Below, in pieces: positions 43,813-53,564 of a stretch of 64,000 bases of DNA. The stretch comes from Acidimicrobiia bacterium (lineage in GTDB: Bacteria; Actinomycetota; Acidimicrobiia; IMCC26256; JAENVU01). The stretch covers positions 1,079 through 65,078 of the forward strand of contig JANYJV010000073.1 in NCBI GenBank assembly GCA_025361725.1, in the 5' to 3' direction. Each line of letters begins with the position of its first letter. Position 1 is the first letter of the stretch. The notes under the pieces were generated by a model, which saw only the letters and a list, made by a program, of their open reading frames with translations, did no database searches and was not told the origin of the DNA. Made by a program: the position numbers and the translations under genes.

Positions 43813-45069
43813 ATGCGCGCCTTATTGTTCGGCACCGATCCCGAGCCCGTTCTTGAGCCGGACACCGAGATTCGGAATCTCAAGATGCTGGCGGCGGCGC
43901 CGATGCGGGTCGTCGAAATGGACGAGCCTCGCCGGTTCGGACCCGACTGGGTGATGACCCGGCCCCGGCTCGTGGGGATCTGCGGCTCGGAGTCCAAGCA
44001 AGCCTTCTTCGACTACGCAAGCTTCACGTCACCCGAACGTTCGGGCTCATTCCGTGACAACCCGATGAAGAACTTCGTATCGTTCCCACACGTGATGGGA
44101 CACGAGGTCGTGGCCGATGTGATCGAGATCGGACCCGAGACTGAAGGGTTCGCGGTGGGGGATCGGGTGGTGTTGAACCCGTGGCTCACGTGCGGTCCGC
44201 GCGGCGTAACAGACGCGTGCCCGGCGTGCGTGGCCGGAGACCTGAGTCAGTGTTGGTCGTTCGGAGTGGGGCCGATTGCGCCGGGCATCCACATCGGGAT
44301 GTGCAAGGACGTCCCCGGGGGGTTCGGCGAGCGCATGGCCGCGCACGACTCGATGCTGTTCAAGGTGCCGGACGCGGTGAGCGACGAAGTCGCAGTCTTT
44401 GCCGATCCGTTCGCGGTGTCGCTGCACGGCATCACGCGCCACCCGCCCGCGCCCGGGTCCAAGGTGTTGGTCTACGGCGCCGGCGCGTTGGGCACGAGCG
44501 CGATCGCGATCTTGCGCGCGTTGTACCCGAGCGTCGAGGTGATGGTCGTCGCCCGGTTCGCGACTCAACGGGCGCTGGCGGAGTCGTTTGGTGCGATGAC
44601 CGTCGCGCCCGAACCGAGAGAGCAACTCATCGACACGGTTGCGGCGTGGTCAGGTGGTGTGTTGCAACCCGCCGACGGACTTCCGATGGCGTTCCCCGGA
44701 GGCATCGACGTGGTGTACGACACCATCGGCGCCGCGGAGACACTCGAAGTCGGCGCCCGGTTGCTGCGAGCGCGCGGCACCTTGGTGAAGCTCGGGATGC
44801 ACGGTCCGGCGCGATGGGAAGACACGCCGGTGTACTTCAAGGAACTCGTGTTCACCGGTTCGAACGCGTTCGGTTTCGAGGAGGTGGACGGCGTGCGCAA
44901 GCACGCAATTGAGCACTACCTCGAACTCGCGCAGACCGGCCGGATCAGTCTCACCGGCATGCTGACCCATACGTTCCGGCTCGACGAATGGCGAGACGCG
45001 TTCGCCGCGCTGGCCGACCAGGAGACCTCCGGCGCGATCAAGGTCGCCATTGATCATCGGGGCGGATGA
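43813..45069 (+). CDS. Zinc-dependent medium-chain alcohol dehydrogenase/reductase family protein
   Basis: The translation contains ICGSE, GHEVVADVIEIG, GDRVVLNP, CPACVAGDLSQC and VYGAGALG. Confidence 0.85.
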   Translation: MRALLFGTDPEPVLEPDTEIRNLKMLAAAPMRVVEMDEPRRFGPDWVMTRPRLVGICGSESKQAFFDYASFTSPERSGSFRDNPMKNFVSFPHVMGHEVVADVIEIGPETEGFAVGDRVVLNPWLTCGPRGVTDACPACVAGDLSQCWSFGVGPIAPGIHIGMCKDVPGGFGERMAAHDSMLFKVPDAVSDEVAVFADPFAVSLHGITRHPPAPGSKVLVYGAGALGTSAIAILRALYPSVEVMVVARFATQRALAESFGAMTVAPEPREQLIDTVAAWSGGVLQPADGLPMAFPGGIDVVYDTIGAAETLEVGARLLRARGTLVKLGMHGPARWEDTPVYFKELVFTGSNAFGFEEVDGVRKHAIEHYLELAQTGRISLTGMLTHTFRLDEWRDAFAALADQETSGAIKVAIDHRGG

Positions 45070-45085
45070 CGCTGCCGGCTGACGC

Positions 45086-46630
45086 TCAACCCACCCGTTT
45101 GTCGCGGGTTTCCCAGTACGGGGCTCGCAGCTTGAATTTCTGCAACTTACCGGTGGCCGTTCGCGCCAACTCGATCCGAAACTCGATCGACGTCGGACAC
45201 TTGTAGTGCGCGATCCGACCGCGGCAGTGCTCGATGAGGGCGGCTTCATCCACGTCGGGGTTGCCGGCTCGTAACACTACGAGCGCCTTCACGGTCTCGC
45301 CCCACTTGTCGTCCGGGACGCCGATCACTGCGACCTCGGCGACAGCTGGATGCTGGAACAGGCAGTCTTCGACGTCGATGGAGCTGACGTTCTCACCGCC
45401 CGAGATGATCACGTCCTTCTTGCGGTCCGAGATCACGACGTAAGCGTCGTCGAGCTCGCCGCCGTCGCCGGTGTGGAACCAACCGTCGACCACGGCTTCG
45501 GCGGTGGCATCGGGCTGGGCCCAGTACCCCTCGAAGACGTGGTTCGATCGGGCGAGGAGCTCGCCGTCGGGGTTCACGCGCATCCGAACGCCGATGGCGG
45601 GAACCCCAGCCCGAGAGAGCCTCCGAGCTCGTTCGGCAGGATCGAGTTCGTCGTACTCGGCCGGCGCGCGATTGACGGTCAGGAGCGGCGAGGTCTCGGT
45701 GAGTCCGTAGATTTGCATGAACTCCCAGCCGAGTTCGGCCTCGACGCGCTCGATCATTTTCGACGGCGGTGGCGCGCCGGCCACCACCATCCGAACGGAG
45801 TCGCGCCCAGGTACCGGCCGGTCGTCGGCCCTCCGGGCTTCGGCCGCGTCGAGGGTTGCCGCAAGTACTGCCGGGGCGCCGGCCAGGAAGGTCACGCCGT
45901 CGCGCTCGATGCGATCGAGAATGTCTTCACCGTCGACCTTGCGGATGACCACTTGTCGTGCGCCCATTCCTGCGATCGCAAACGGCAGACCCCAGCCGTT
46001 GCAGTGGAACGTGGGCAACGTGTGGAGATACACGTCGCGGTCCGAGACGCCCATGTGCCATCCGAAGGTCACCGCGTTCAACCAGAGATTTCGATGCGTC
46101 ATCTCGACGCCCTTGGGGCGGGCCGTCGTCCCCGAGGTGTAGTTGATCGTTGCCGTCGCGCCTTCGTCGGTGGCCTCGTGGGCCGGAGCACCGGTGCGCT
46201 CGAACAAGTCCCGGTCGGTCCCTTCGCCGAGCACGAATCGATGGTGGACCGGGATGTCTTTGGTCAGGTCGTCGTATTCGGGGTCGACGAGCAACGCCGT
46301 CGCACCGGAGTGTTCGATGATGTAGCCGATCTCGTGGCGATTGAGGCGGAAGTTGATGGGGACGAGAACCCGTCCGTGGGCAGGGATTCCGAAAAGTGCG
46401 ACGAGGAATCGACCTGCATTCGGGGACAGGATCGCGACGCGTTCGCCGGCCGCGAGACCGAGATCATCGAACGCGACGGCGAGAGATCGAGCCCGGCGCG
46501 CGAGTTCCGCGTACGTGATGGTCCCGAGCCCACCACCGGGTGGGTTCGGTTCGTCGATCACGGCCGGACGGGCGCCGTAGACGTTCTCCGCTCGGTGAAG
46601 GAAATCGAGTGTGGTCAGCGGTACGTGCAT
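45086..46630 (-). CDS. AMP-dependent acyl-CoA synthetase/ligase (FadD-like)
   Basis: The translation contains INYTSGTTARPKGV, IYGLTETS, FHTGD and DRKKDVIISGGENV. Confidence 0.9.
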   Translation of the reverse strand: MHVPLTTLDFLHRAENVYGARPAVIDEPNPPGGGLGTITYAELARRARSLAVAFDDLGLAAGERVAILSPNAGRFLVALFGIPAHGRVLVPINFRLNRHEIGYIIEHSGATALLVDPEYDDLTKDIPVHHRFVLGEGTDRDLFERTGAPAHEATDEGATATINYTSGTTARPKGVEMTHRNLWLNAVTFGWHMGVSDRDVYLHTLPTFHCNGWGLPFAIAGMGARQVVIRKVDGEDILDRIERDGVTFLAGAPAVLAATLDAAEARRADDRPVPGRDSVRMVVAGAPPPSKMIERVEAELGWEFMQIYGLTETSPLLTVNRAPAEYDELDPAERARRLSRAGVPAIGVRMRVNPDGELLARSNHVFEGYWAQPDATAEAVVDGWFHTGDGGELDDAYVVISDRKKDVIISGGENVSSIDVEDCLFQHPAVAEVAVIGVPDDKWGETVKALVVLRAGNPDVDEAALIEHCRGRIAHYKCPTSIEFRIELARTATGKLQKFKLRAPYWETRDKRVG

Positions 46631-46825
46631 CGAAATGGCTCCCCCGGGGTGCGAGTCCCGGAGCGTACGCGAGCGGGACGCTCCGTGAATCGAGTCGTGA
46701 GTGTCCCTTCGGCCGCGTGCTATTTCGACGAGTTGGCCGCAGGTGGCGGTCGGCCGAGCGCGGTCGGGAGCAAGGTTGGCGTTGGGTGCCTACACTGCCG
46801 CCCGTCCGCGGCGAACGGCTGAATC

Positions 46826-49800
46826 GTGTTCTGTACGCAGTGTGGGTCTGAGAGCGGCGGTGACGCTCGGTTTTGTGGCTCTTGTGGCACCGCGCTTGCG
46901 ACCCCGGCTGTCCCGACTCGGGTGGACGGTGAGCGTCGGCACGTGACCGTGATGTTCTGCGACCTGGTGGGGTCCACGGCCCTCTCGGAGCAGCTCGATC
47001 CGGAGGATCTCGGAGACCTCGTACTCGGGTACCAGGAGATGGGCCGCCAGATCGTCGATCGCTTCGGTGGGTCGGTGGCGCAGTTCCTCGGGGACGGGCT
47101 GCTCACGTATTTCGGTCACCCCGTCGCGCACGAAGACGACGCGGACCGCGCGGTCATGGCCGGAATCGCAATTCTGGAGGCGTTGGAGCCGCTGCGGGTG
47201 CAAGCCATCGCACTGGGTGCCACGACGCTGGAGGCGCGCGTCGGGATCCACACCGGACCGGTCGTCGTCGGCGCGATGGGCAGCACCGACCGCTCCGACA
47301 CGTCATTGTTCGGGAGCACCACCAATGTCGCCGCGCGCCTCGAAGCGTTCGCACCCGCAGGGTCCGTGGTTGCGAGCGAGACCACGGTGCGGTTGTTGCG
47401 GGGTGGGTACTCCCTGACTGACGGTGGGACGCCCGAACTCAAGGGCATCGATCGGCCGGTACGCGTCTGGCATGTGGGCGGAACCGCCGAAGCCGCAGCC
47501 GCGGCGCGAGTTCACGGCGACACCCCCGCACCGATCGGTCGGACGGTCGAGACTGCGGCCATGGTGGCGGCGGTCGACCGGGCAACCGATCGTGGTGGTC
47601 AGACCATCCTCGTGACCGGTGAACCCGGCGTGGGGAAGTCGGCGCTGGTCGGCGCGCTCTTCGGAGCACTCCAAGACCGACCGCATCGATGGCTCGAGTT
47701 CCAATGTTCGGAGTTGGCGTCGGCCAGCCCGCTCCTCCCCGTGACCAACGGGTTGCGACGGCTGCTCGAAATCGGCGAGCGAGACGAGGCCACGACCCAA
47801 CGAGAACGGCTGGAAGCCGGATTGAGTGTGCTCGGGGCATCGGCGGACGTTGCGCTGCCGTTCGTTGCCGACTTGCTCGGTATCGACGTCGATGGCGGAG
47901 CTGCGTTGCGAGGATTGAGTCCCGAGGTGCGCCGTCACCGTCTCCTCGACGCGCTCGTCGACTGGGCGTTGGTCTTGGCCGACGATGCACCTCTGGTGCT
48001 GGTCACCGAGGACCTCCACTGGGCGGATCCGTCGACCCTCGAACTTCTCCAGCGGATCACCGCACGCGCCACGACGCGTCCGGTCGCGTGTGTGTGCACC
48101 TCCCGCGTGGAACTCCCACCCGATTGGGAACCGGCGGCGTTCACCCGTCTCTCGGTTGGGCGCCTCGGAATGGAGGACAGTCAGGCCCTGGCCGCGCGTC
48201 TCGCACGAGAGTTGGACCTGCCTGCGGGCGCGGTTGCGGCGTTGGCCGAGCGGGGTGACGGAGTGCCCCTGTTCATCGAGGAACTGGTGCGGGAGGCAGC
48301 CGATGCCGGAGGGAAACTTCCCGAGACCCTGCAAAGTGTCTTGGCCGCGCGCCTGGATCGCCTCGGCGATGACCGCGCCACCGCGCAAGCGGCGGCCGTG
48401 TTGGGTCGGGACTTTCCCGTCGGTCTGCTCAGTGCGGTGCTCGGTGTCCCCGAATCCCGAGTGCTCAACTCGCTGGTCCGGCTGCGTGATGCCGGCATCG
48501 TGTCGTCGGGGTGGTCGGCGGACGGCAGTCGGTACGTGTTTCGCCACGCGCTCATTCAGGACGCGGCGTACGCGAGCCTGCTCCGTCGGCGACGGCGCGA
48601 ACTCCACGCGCGAGTGGCCGAGGTGCTCACCGAGGAGTACCCGCTCCAGGCGGATGCCGCGCCGGAACTTCTCGGACACCACTACCGGGAGGCCGACCGC
48701 ACCCTCGACGCCGCCCGGTGTTTTGCCCTCGCCGGACGCCGCGCCGTGGAGCGCGCCGCGCTCCAAGAATCGATCACCCACTACGAGACGGGGATCGAAC
48801 TCCTGGGCTCACTGGAGCCAGGGCCGGAGCGAGATGAACTCCTGCTCTCGTTACTGATCCTGTTGGCCAACGCGTTCATGGGTACTGGTGGCCCCGGGGC
48901 CGGGGCCGTCATCCCCGTCTGGGAAGACGCCATGGCCCTCGCCGAGCGCGTCGGGAACTTCGACGAGTTGACGTCGGCGATGAACGGCGCCGCGATGTAC
49001 TGGTCCGACCGCGGCGATCTGGAGAGGACGATCGGGCTGGCGACACGGATACTCGAGATCGCGGAATCGTCGCAGTCCCGCATCGCGTCGCTCCGCGGCC
49101 ACTGCACGCTGGGGATGGCGTACCTGTTCCAGGGGGACGGGGCCCGTTCGCTCGTGCACTCCGAGACCGGAGTCGGTTTCGAGCGCGACGGCGACTTCTT
49201 CACCGTCACCTACGGCGTCGGGCACGACCAAGGTGTGTTCGGACGCACCATGCAGTCGTGGGCGCTGTGGTGGGTGGGTCGGCCCGATGCCGCGCTCGCC
49301 GTCGCGCTCGAAGCTGACGAACGTGCGCAACGGCTGCCGTCGTCGTTGACCCAGGCGATGGCCCGACACGCAGTGGCGCTCGCCCGTCACCTCCGCCGGG
49401 AGAGTTCGGGTGCGATCGAGGCGGCGATGGCCAACGTGATGCTCACGGAGGAACTGGGAATCCCGTTCTGGCTTTCCACTGCCTTGATGGTTTTGGGTAC
49501 CGAGCGGGCGCGCAGCGGGGATCCGGCCGGTCTCGAAGACCTCGACCGCGCGTTCGCGGTGCTGCTGGAGATCGGCAACCAGGGTGGGAGCACGATGGGT
49601 TTGACGTTGCTCGCCGAGGCGCAGTGCGGGCTCGGACTGATCGACCAGGCGGTGGCGACAGCGGAGGCCGGGCTTGCTGTGTCGGAAGGACTGGACCAAC
49701 CCTTCTACGACCCGGAGTTGTTGCGGGTGAAAGCGGCGGCGCTCCGCGCACGGGGTGCCGACGGCGTCCAGGAGTCGGACGGCGCGCTGCGTGAGAGTCT

Positions 49801-50008
49801 GACGAGATCAAAAGCGCTCGGCGCGCACTCCTTCCACCTCCGGGCGGCCGTCGATCTCGCGACCTTGCACGAGTCCAATGAGCACGAGTTCGCCGAAACG
49901 CAGTCGATCCTCGCCGCCGCGTGCTCGGCCATGGGCGACGGCGCGACCACCGTCGACCAGATTGCGGCCCACGCTCTCCTCGCCGTTCGCGTCGGGGACG
50001 TCTCCTGA
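46826..50008 (+). CDS. Multidomain signalling protein: zinc ribbon + class III nucleotidyl cyclase + STAND/AAA P-loop ATPase + TPR-like helical repeats
   Basis: The N-terminus reads FCTQCGSESGGDARFCGSCG. The cyclase domain contains HVTVMFCDLVGST, GDGLLTYFG and FGSTTNVAARL. The Walker A motif is VTGEPGVGKSAL. The C-terminal ~450 aa is helical repeats. Confidence 0.85.
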   Translation: MFCTQCGSESGGDARFCGSCGTALATPAVPTRVDGERRHVTVMFCDLVGSTALSEQLDPEDLGDLVLGYQEMGRQIVDRFGGSVAQFLGDGLLTYFGHPVAHEDDADRAVMAGIAILEALEPLRVQAIALGATTLEARVGIHTGPVVVGAMGSTDRSDTSLFGSTTNVAARLEAFAPAGSVVASETTVRLLRGGYSLTDGGTPELKGIDRPVRVWHVGGTAEAAAAARVHGDTPAPIGRTVETAAMVAAVDRATDRGGQTILVTGEPGVGKSALVGALFGALQDRPHRWLEFQCSELASASPLLPVTNGLRRLLEIGERDEATTQRERLEAGLSVLGASADVALPFVADLLGIDVDGGAALRGLSPEVRRHRLLDALVDWALVLADDAPLVLVTEDLHWADPSTLELLQRITARATTRPVACVCTSRVELPPDWEPAAFTRLSVGRLGMEDSQALAARLARELDLPAGAVAALAERGDGVPLFIEELVREAADAGGKLPETLQSVLAARLDRLGDDRATAQAAAVLGRDFPVGLLSAVLGVPESRVLNSLVRLRDAGIVSSGWSADGSRYVFRHALIQDAAYASLLRRRRRELHARVAEVLTEEYPLQADAAPELLGHHYREADRTLDAARCFALAGRRAVERAALQESITHYETGIELLGSLEPGPERDELLLSLLILLANAFMGTGGPGAGAVIPVWEDAMALAERVGNFDELTSAMNGAAMYWSDRGDLERTIGLATRILEIAESSQSRIASLRGHCTLGMAYLFQGDGARSLVHSETGVGFERDGDFFTVTYGVGHDQGVFGRTMQSWALWWVGRPDAALAVALEADERAQRLPSSLTQAMARHAVALARHLRRESSGAIEAAMANVMLTEELGIPFWLSTALMVLGTERARSGDPAGLEDLDRAFAVLLEIGNQGGSTMGLTLLAEAQCGLGLIDQAVATAEAGLAVSEGLDQPFYDPELLRVKAAALRARGADGVQESDGALRESLTRSKALGAHSFHLRAAVDLATLHESNEHEFAETQSILAAACSAMGDGATTVDQIAAHALLAVRVGDVS

Positions 50009-50066
50009 GCGTCATGGGCCGGGTCGTCGCATCCATTAGCCCTCTAACTTTGAAACGAGGCCAACC

Positions 50067-50792
50067 ATGGCAACTCTTCCCACCAGCGGATCACCCGTTT
50101 ACTGCTCCGGCCCGATGTTCAGCGTCGGCGATCTGAACGAACAGGCTCAGGTCGCCGCCGCGCTCGAGGCGGCGAACTTCACCACCTATCTGCCCCAACG
50201 CGACGGCATCGAGGTCGGCAAGGTGATGGGGGACATCAACAGCGGTCTCGACCTCCCGATGAGCGAGATCCTCGAGATCATGACGTTCGTCCGCAAGATC
50301 GTGTTCGCCCTCGACGTGTACCAACTCGTCGAGCGATGCGAGTCCCTGGTCTTCAACATGGACGGTCGGGTTCCCGACGACGGCAGCGTCGTCGAGACGG
50401 CCATGGCATTCGCAGCCGGCAAGCCGATCGTGATCTACAAGACGACGCCGATCTCGATGCTCGGCGGTTTCGACAATCCGATGGTGCAGGGTCTGTCGAC
50501 CACCTGGCAGTACGTCTCCGACGTCGCCCAAGTTCCGGCGGCAGTGTCGGCCGCCGTTGCGGCCACCGCCGCGCTGCAAGGCACGTCCTTCGTCGCCGGT
50601 CCGCACCTCGATGCGGTGCTGAAGCTCGGTGCGGCCGTGTGGGGACTGGTGCCCGAGATGCACGCCGCGAGCAACGACACCCCGGCGCAGCTCTACGCGG
50701 CGGTCCAGGGGCTCGAGCAGGTGCTCGGACCGTTGGTGGCAGCCGCCGACGGCGACCCTGCGCCGCCATCCGCGCCGGCGAAAGCGTCCTAG
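50067..50792 (+). CDS. Nucleoside 2-deoxyribosyltransferase-like (NDT/Rcl fold) protein with an Ala-rich C-terminal extension
   Basis: The translation contains VYCSGPMFSVGDLNEQ...YLPQRDG and PDDGSVVETAMAFAAGKPIVIY, which resembles the family's catalytic Glu context. Confidence 0.65.
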   Translation: MATLPTSGSPVYCSGPMFSVGDLNEQAQVAAALEAANFTTYLPQRDGIEVGKVMGDINSGLDLPMSEILEIMTFVRKIVFALDVYQLVERCESLVFNMDGRVPDDGSVVETAMAFAAGKPIVIYKTTPISMLGGFDNPMVQGLSTTWQYVSDVAQVPAAVSAAVAATAALQGTSFVAGPHLDAVLKLGAAVWGLVPEMHAASNDTPAQLYAAVQGLEQVLGPLVAAADGDPAPPSAPAKAS

Positions 50793-50802
50793 AACCGACC
50801 GG

Positions 50803-52065
50803 TCACGCGGCGGCCGCCGAGCGCGTCGACGGTGCGTCGGCGGCACGATCGCTGCGCACGCGCAACGTGCGAAGTGCGATCAGGGCCACGAGCACCGCGG
50901 TCACGCCACCAACGGCGATCCCGAAGCGGGCGCCGAAGAACTGAGAGATGGCACCGATGATCGGTCCACCGATCGGTGTGCTTCCGAGGAACGCGACCGC
51001 AAACAGTGCCGCGACTCGCCCGCGATACTCGGGCGCGGCCCGGCTCTGCGCGAGCGCACCGGCGGAGGACAAGAAGGCGATCGACGTCGCGCCCATCGGG
51101 ACGAGCAGGATCGCGAAGACCGGGAGTGATGGCGCGGCAGCCGCGCTGAGCATCATCACGCCGAGACCGAGGGCGCAGAACGTGACGAACCGCGTCGTGA
51201 CCAGCTCCCGGTGCGCGACGTAGAGGGAGGCGACCACCGCCCCCACGCTCATGAGGGCGTAGAGCGAGGCGAACTGACCGGCGTCGCCGCCGAAGACCTT
51301 GCGGGCCATGAGCGAGATGGTCACTTGGAAGTTGAACGACAGCGTTCCGATGATGGCGGTCATGAGCAGTGTGGTGCGGAGGGTGGTGCTGGCCCAGACG
51401 TACCGCAGGCCGGCGACGAGCTGGCCCTTCTCGCGTCGCACCGGTGCCGACGGTCGGATGGCACCACGATCGAGGGTCACGAGCGCGACGATCACCGCGC
51501 CGAACGACAACGCGTTCACCACGAAGCACCACCCGATGCCCGCGGTCGCGATGATGACGGCGGCGATCGTCGGTCCGATGACGCGCGCCGCGGTGAACAC
51601 GGAGCTGTTGAGACTGACGGCGTTCGCGGCGTGGTGGTCGGGGACGAGTTCGGTGACGAACGATCGACGGGCGGGGCTGTCCAGCGCAGTGGCGATGCCG
51701 AAGGTTGCGGCAAGGACGTAGACCATCCAGAGTTCGACGACGTTCGTGAGCACGAGCACACCCATCACCGCGGCGCACACGGCCGCGCCGGTCGACGTTG
51801 CGAGGAGCACCCGCCGCTTGTCGAGGCGGTCGGCGAGGACGCCCGCCCAGGCGCCGCCGATCAGCACCGGAGTGAACTGCAACGCCGTCACGGCACCCAC
51901 GGCGAGACCATTGCCATGGGTCAGACGGACGACGAGCCAGGTCAGCGCGATCTGTTGGATCCAGCTGCCGCTTGCGGAGATGATCTGACCGACGAGGTAC
52001 TTCCGATAGTTCGGAGTCTCCAGGGATCGGAAGGTCTGGCGGCGGGCGCGATGGAGGCGGTTCAT
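50803..52065 (-). CDS. MFS transporter (EntS/MFS_3-like)
   Basis: The translation contains FRSLETPNYRKYLVGQIISASGSWIQQIALTWLV, with about 12 TM segments. Confidence 0.85.
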   Translation of the reverse strand: MNRLHRARRQTFRSLETPNYRKYLVGQIISASGSWIQQIALTWLVVRLTHGNGLAVGAVTALQFTPVLIGGAWAGVLADRLDKRRVLLATSTGAAVCAAVMGVLVLTNVVELWMVYVLAATFGIATALDSPARRSFVTELVPDHHAANAVSLNSSVFTAARVIGPTIAAVIIATAGIGWCFVVNALSFGAVIVALVTLDRGAIRPSAPVRREKGQLVAGLRYVWASTTLRTTLLMTAIIGTLSFNFQVTISLMARKVFGGDAGQFASLYALMSVGAVVASLYVAHRELVTTRFVTFCALGLGVMMLSAAAAPSLPVFAILLVPMGATSIAFLSSAGALAQSRAAPEYRGRVAALFAVAFLGSTPIGGPIIGAISQFFGARFGIAVGGVTAVLVALIALRTLRVRSDRAADAPSTRSAAAA

Positions 52066-52520
52066 CGAGTGAGTTCCTCCATGATCTCGGATGCCCGGTG
52101 AAGGGTGGCGCGATCCGATTCGGACAAGGCGCGCAGCCGCCGTTCGAGGAACGCGTTCTTTTGCTTCCGATGACGGGCCAAGAGATGTGAGCCCTCGGCG
52201 CTCACCGCGACGCGGTGGATTCGCCGGTCGGTAACGTCGATGGACCGGTCGACGAGTCCCGCCGCTTCGAGCTTGCTGGTCAACGCGGTCATGGTCGGGG
52301 GCTGAACCTGTTCGACCCGAGCCAGGTCGCCGAGTGTGATCGGACCGGCCCGCTCGATGCTCGCAAGTGCGGAGAGCTGCGAGATGGTGAGGCCGGGGTC
52401 GGCGCTCTGGCGGAGCCGGCGGTGCAGCCGGGCCACACTCAACCGCAGCCGCGACGCCAGCGCGTCCTCGGCGTCGGTGGTTGCTGTGGCCGAAGCCGGC
52501 CGGGTCGGAGAAGTTCCCAT
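52062..52520 (-). CDS. MarR-family transcriptional regulator
   Basis: The winged-HTH pattern reads LTISQLSALASIERAGPITLGDLARVEQVQPPTMTALTSKLEAAGLVDRSIDVTDRR. There is a 4-nt overlap with the MFS gene. Confidence 0.9.
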   Translation of the reverse strand: MGTSPTRPASATATTDAEDALASRLRLSVARLHRRLRQSADPGLTISQLSALASIERAGPITLGDLARVEQVQPPTMTALTSKLEAAGLVDRSIDVTDRRIHRVAVSAEGSHLLARHRKQKNAFLERRLRALSESDRATLHRASEIMEELTR

Positions 52521-52566
52521 AGTTCGTGCAACAAATTAGTGTAGCGAACTATTCCCCTCTCGGGAT

Positions 52567-53475
52567 CTACTTCGTGGGAGTGAACATGGGATGCGGTGGA
52601 CCCACACCGAGGTAGTCCTCGATTCGACCGATGCGATAGCCCTCCGCACGCGCCCGTGCGAAGACGAGCTTGAGGTTCTGGAGCAGATCGGTCCGGAAGT
52701 GCATCAGGAGGATGTCGCCGGGGTGAAAGCTGCCGCCGATCATGTCGAGGCGGCCGTCGTTGGTGGCACCGCGCCAGAGGATGAGCGCGTGGAGTTGGCA
52801 CTGACTGACCACGGAACGGGTGGTCTCGTTCCATTCGCCGTACGGCGGTCGGAAGAGGGTCGGTCGGTTCCCGTACCACTTCGTCAGGTCGTTCAACTCG
52901 TCGCAGATCTGATGACGCTGGTCCGAGTACCCGAGCTTCTTCAACTGCGGATGGCTGATGGTGTGCGCCTGGATGGTGGCGCCCAGGCCCTGCATCGTCC
53001 GGAAGAACTCTTGACCGTCGAGGGCCGGCTGGCGGACGAGGAAGAGCGTGAGCGGAACCCGTTCCTGCCTGAGCAACGCGATGACGGCCGGATCCCTCAC
53101 CAGTCCGTCGTCGATGCCGAGGAAGATCACCTTGTCCGTGGTCGGCACCTGATCGATCGCGGGCGTGGTCCGGCTCAACGTGACCGGTGTGGTCGGAGAC
53201 GGCTGGGCAAGCGGTCCGGGTTGCAGATGCGGGACGGTGGTCGTGGTCGTGGAGGTCGTGGTCGTTGACGGCCGGCGCCGGGTCGTCGGAACGGTGGCGA
53301 CGGACTTCACCGGGAGCGCGCCCTTCGGTGATGCGGTGATGCGGCGTCCGAGGACCTGCACCGGAGCGGTCGTCGAGGCGACGGAACTCGCCCCCGGAAT
53401 GACGCTGGCCAGCCCGATCGCGGACGCGATGAGGCCGAGGGCAACGAGGACGGTGGCGAGAAGGTGGCGAGTCAT
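52567..53475 (-). CDS. Secreted polysaccharide deacetylase (NodB homology domain)
   Basis: The TM/signal segment is MTRHLLATVLVALGLIASAIG, followed by a Thr/Pro-rich linker. The translation contains FLGIDDG, QAHTISH, LFRPPYGEWN and ILLMHF. Confidence 0.8.
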   Translation of the reverse strand: MTRHLLATVLVALGLIASAIGLASVIPGASSVASTTAPVQVLGRRITASPKGALPVKSVATVPTTRRRPSTTTTSTTTTTVPHLQPGPLAQPSPTTPVTLSRTTPAIDQVPTTDKVIFLGIDDGLVRDPAVIALLRQERVPLTLFLVRQPALDGQEFFRTMQGLGATIQAHTISHPQLKKLGYSDQRHQICDELNDLTKWYGNRPTLFRPPYGEWNETTRSVVSQCQLHALILWRGATNDGRLDMIGGSFHPGDILLMHFRTDLLQNLKLVFARARAEGYRIGRIEDYLGVGPPHPMFTPTK

Positions 53476-53564
53476 AAGAGGGCGACGCGCGGGCGCGTCC
53501 ATGGAAGTGTACGAACTGGACACCCGTAAGTGACAGTTCGCCCGCCACGTGGCACGCTCGGTCC

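Noticed and set aside
47303-48781. 492-aa minus-strand ORF (and similar ORFs at 17779..19062 +, 12085..13203 +, 5710..6318 -)
   Set aside because: These are antisense or alternative-frame ORFs overlapping genes with strong family signatures. Their composition is dominated by R/G/P/A. They were not counted as genes.
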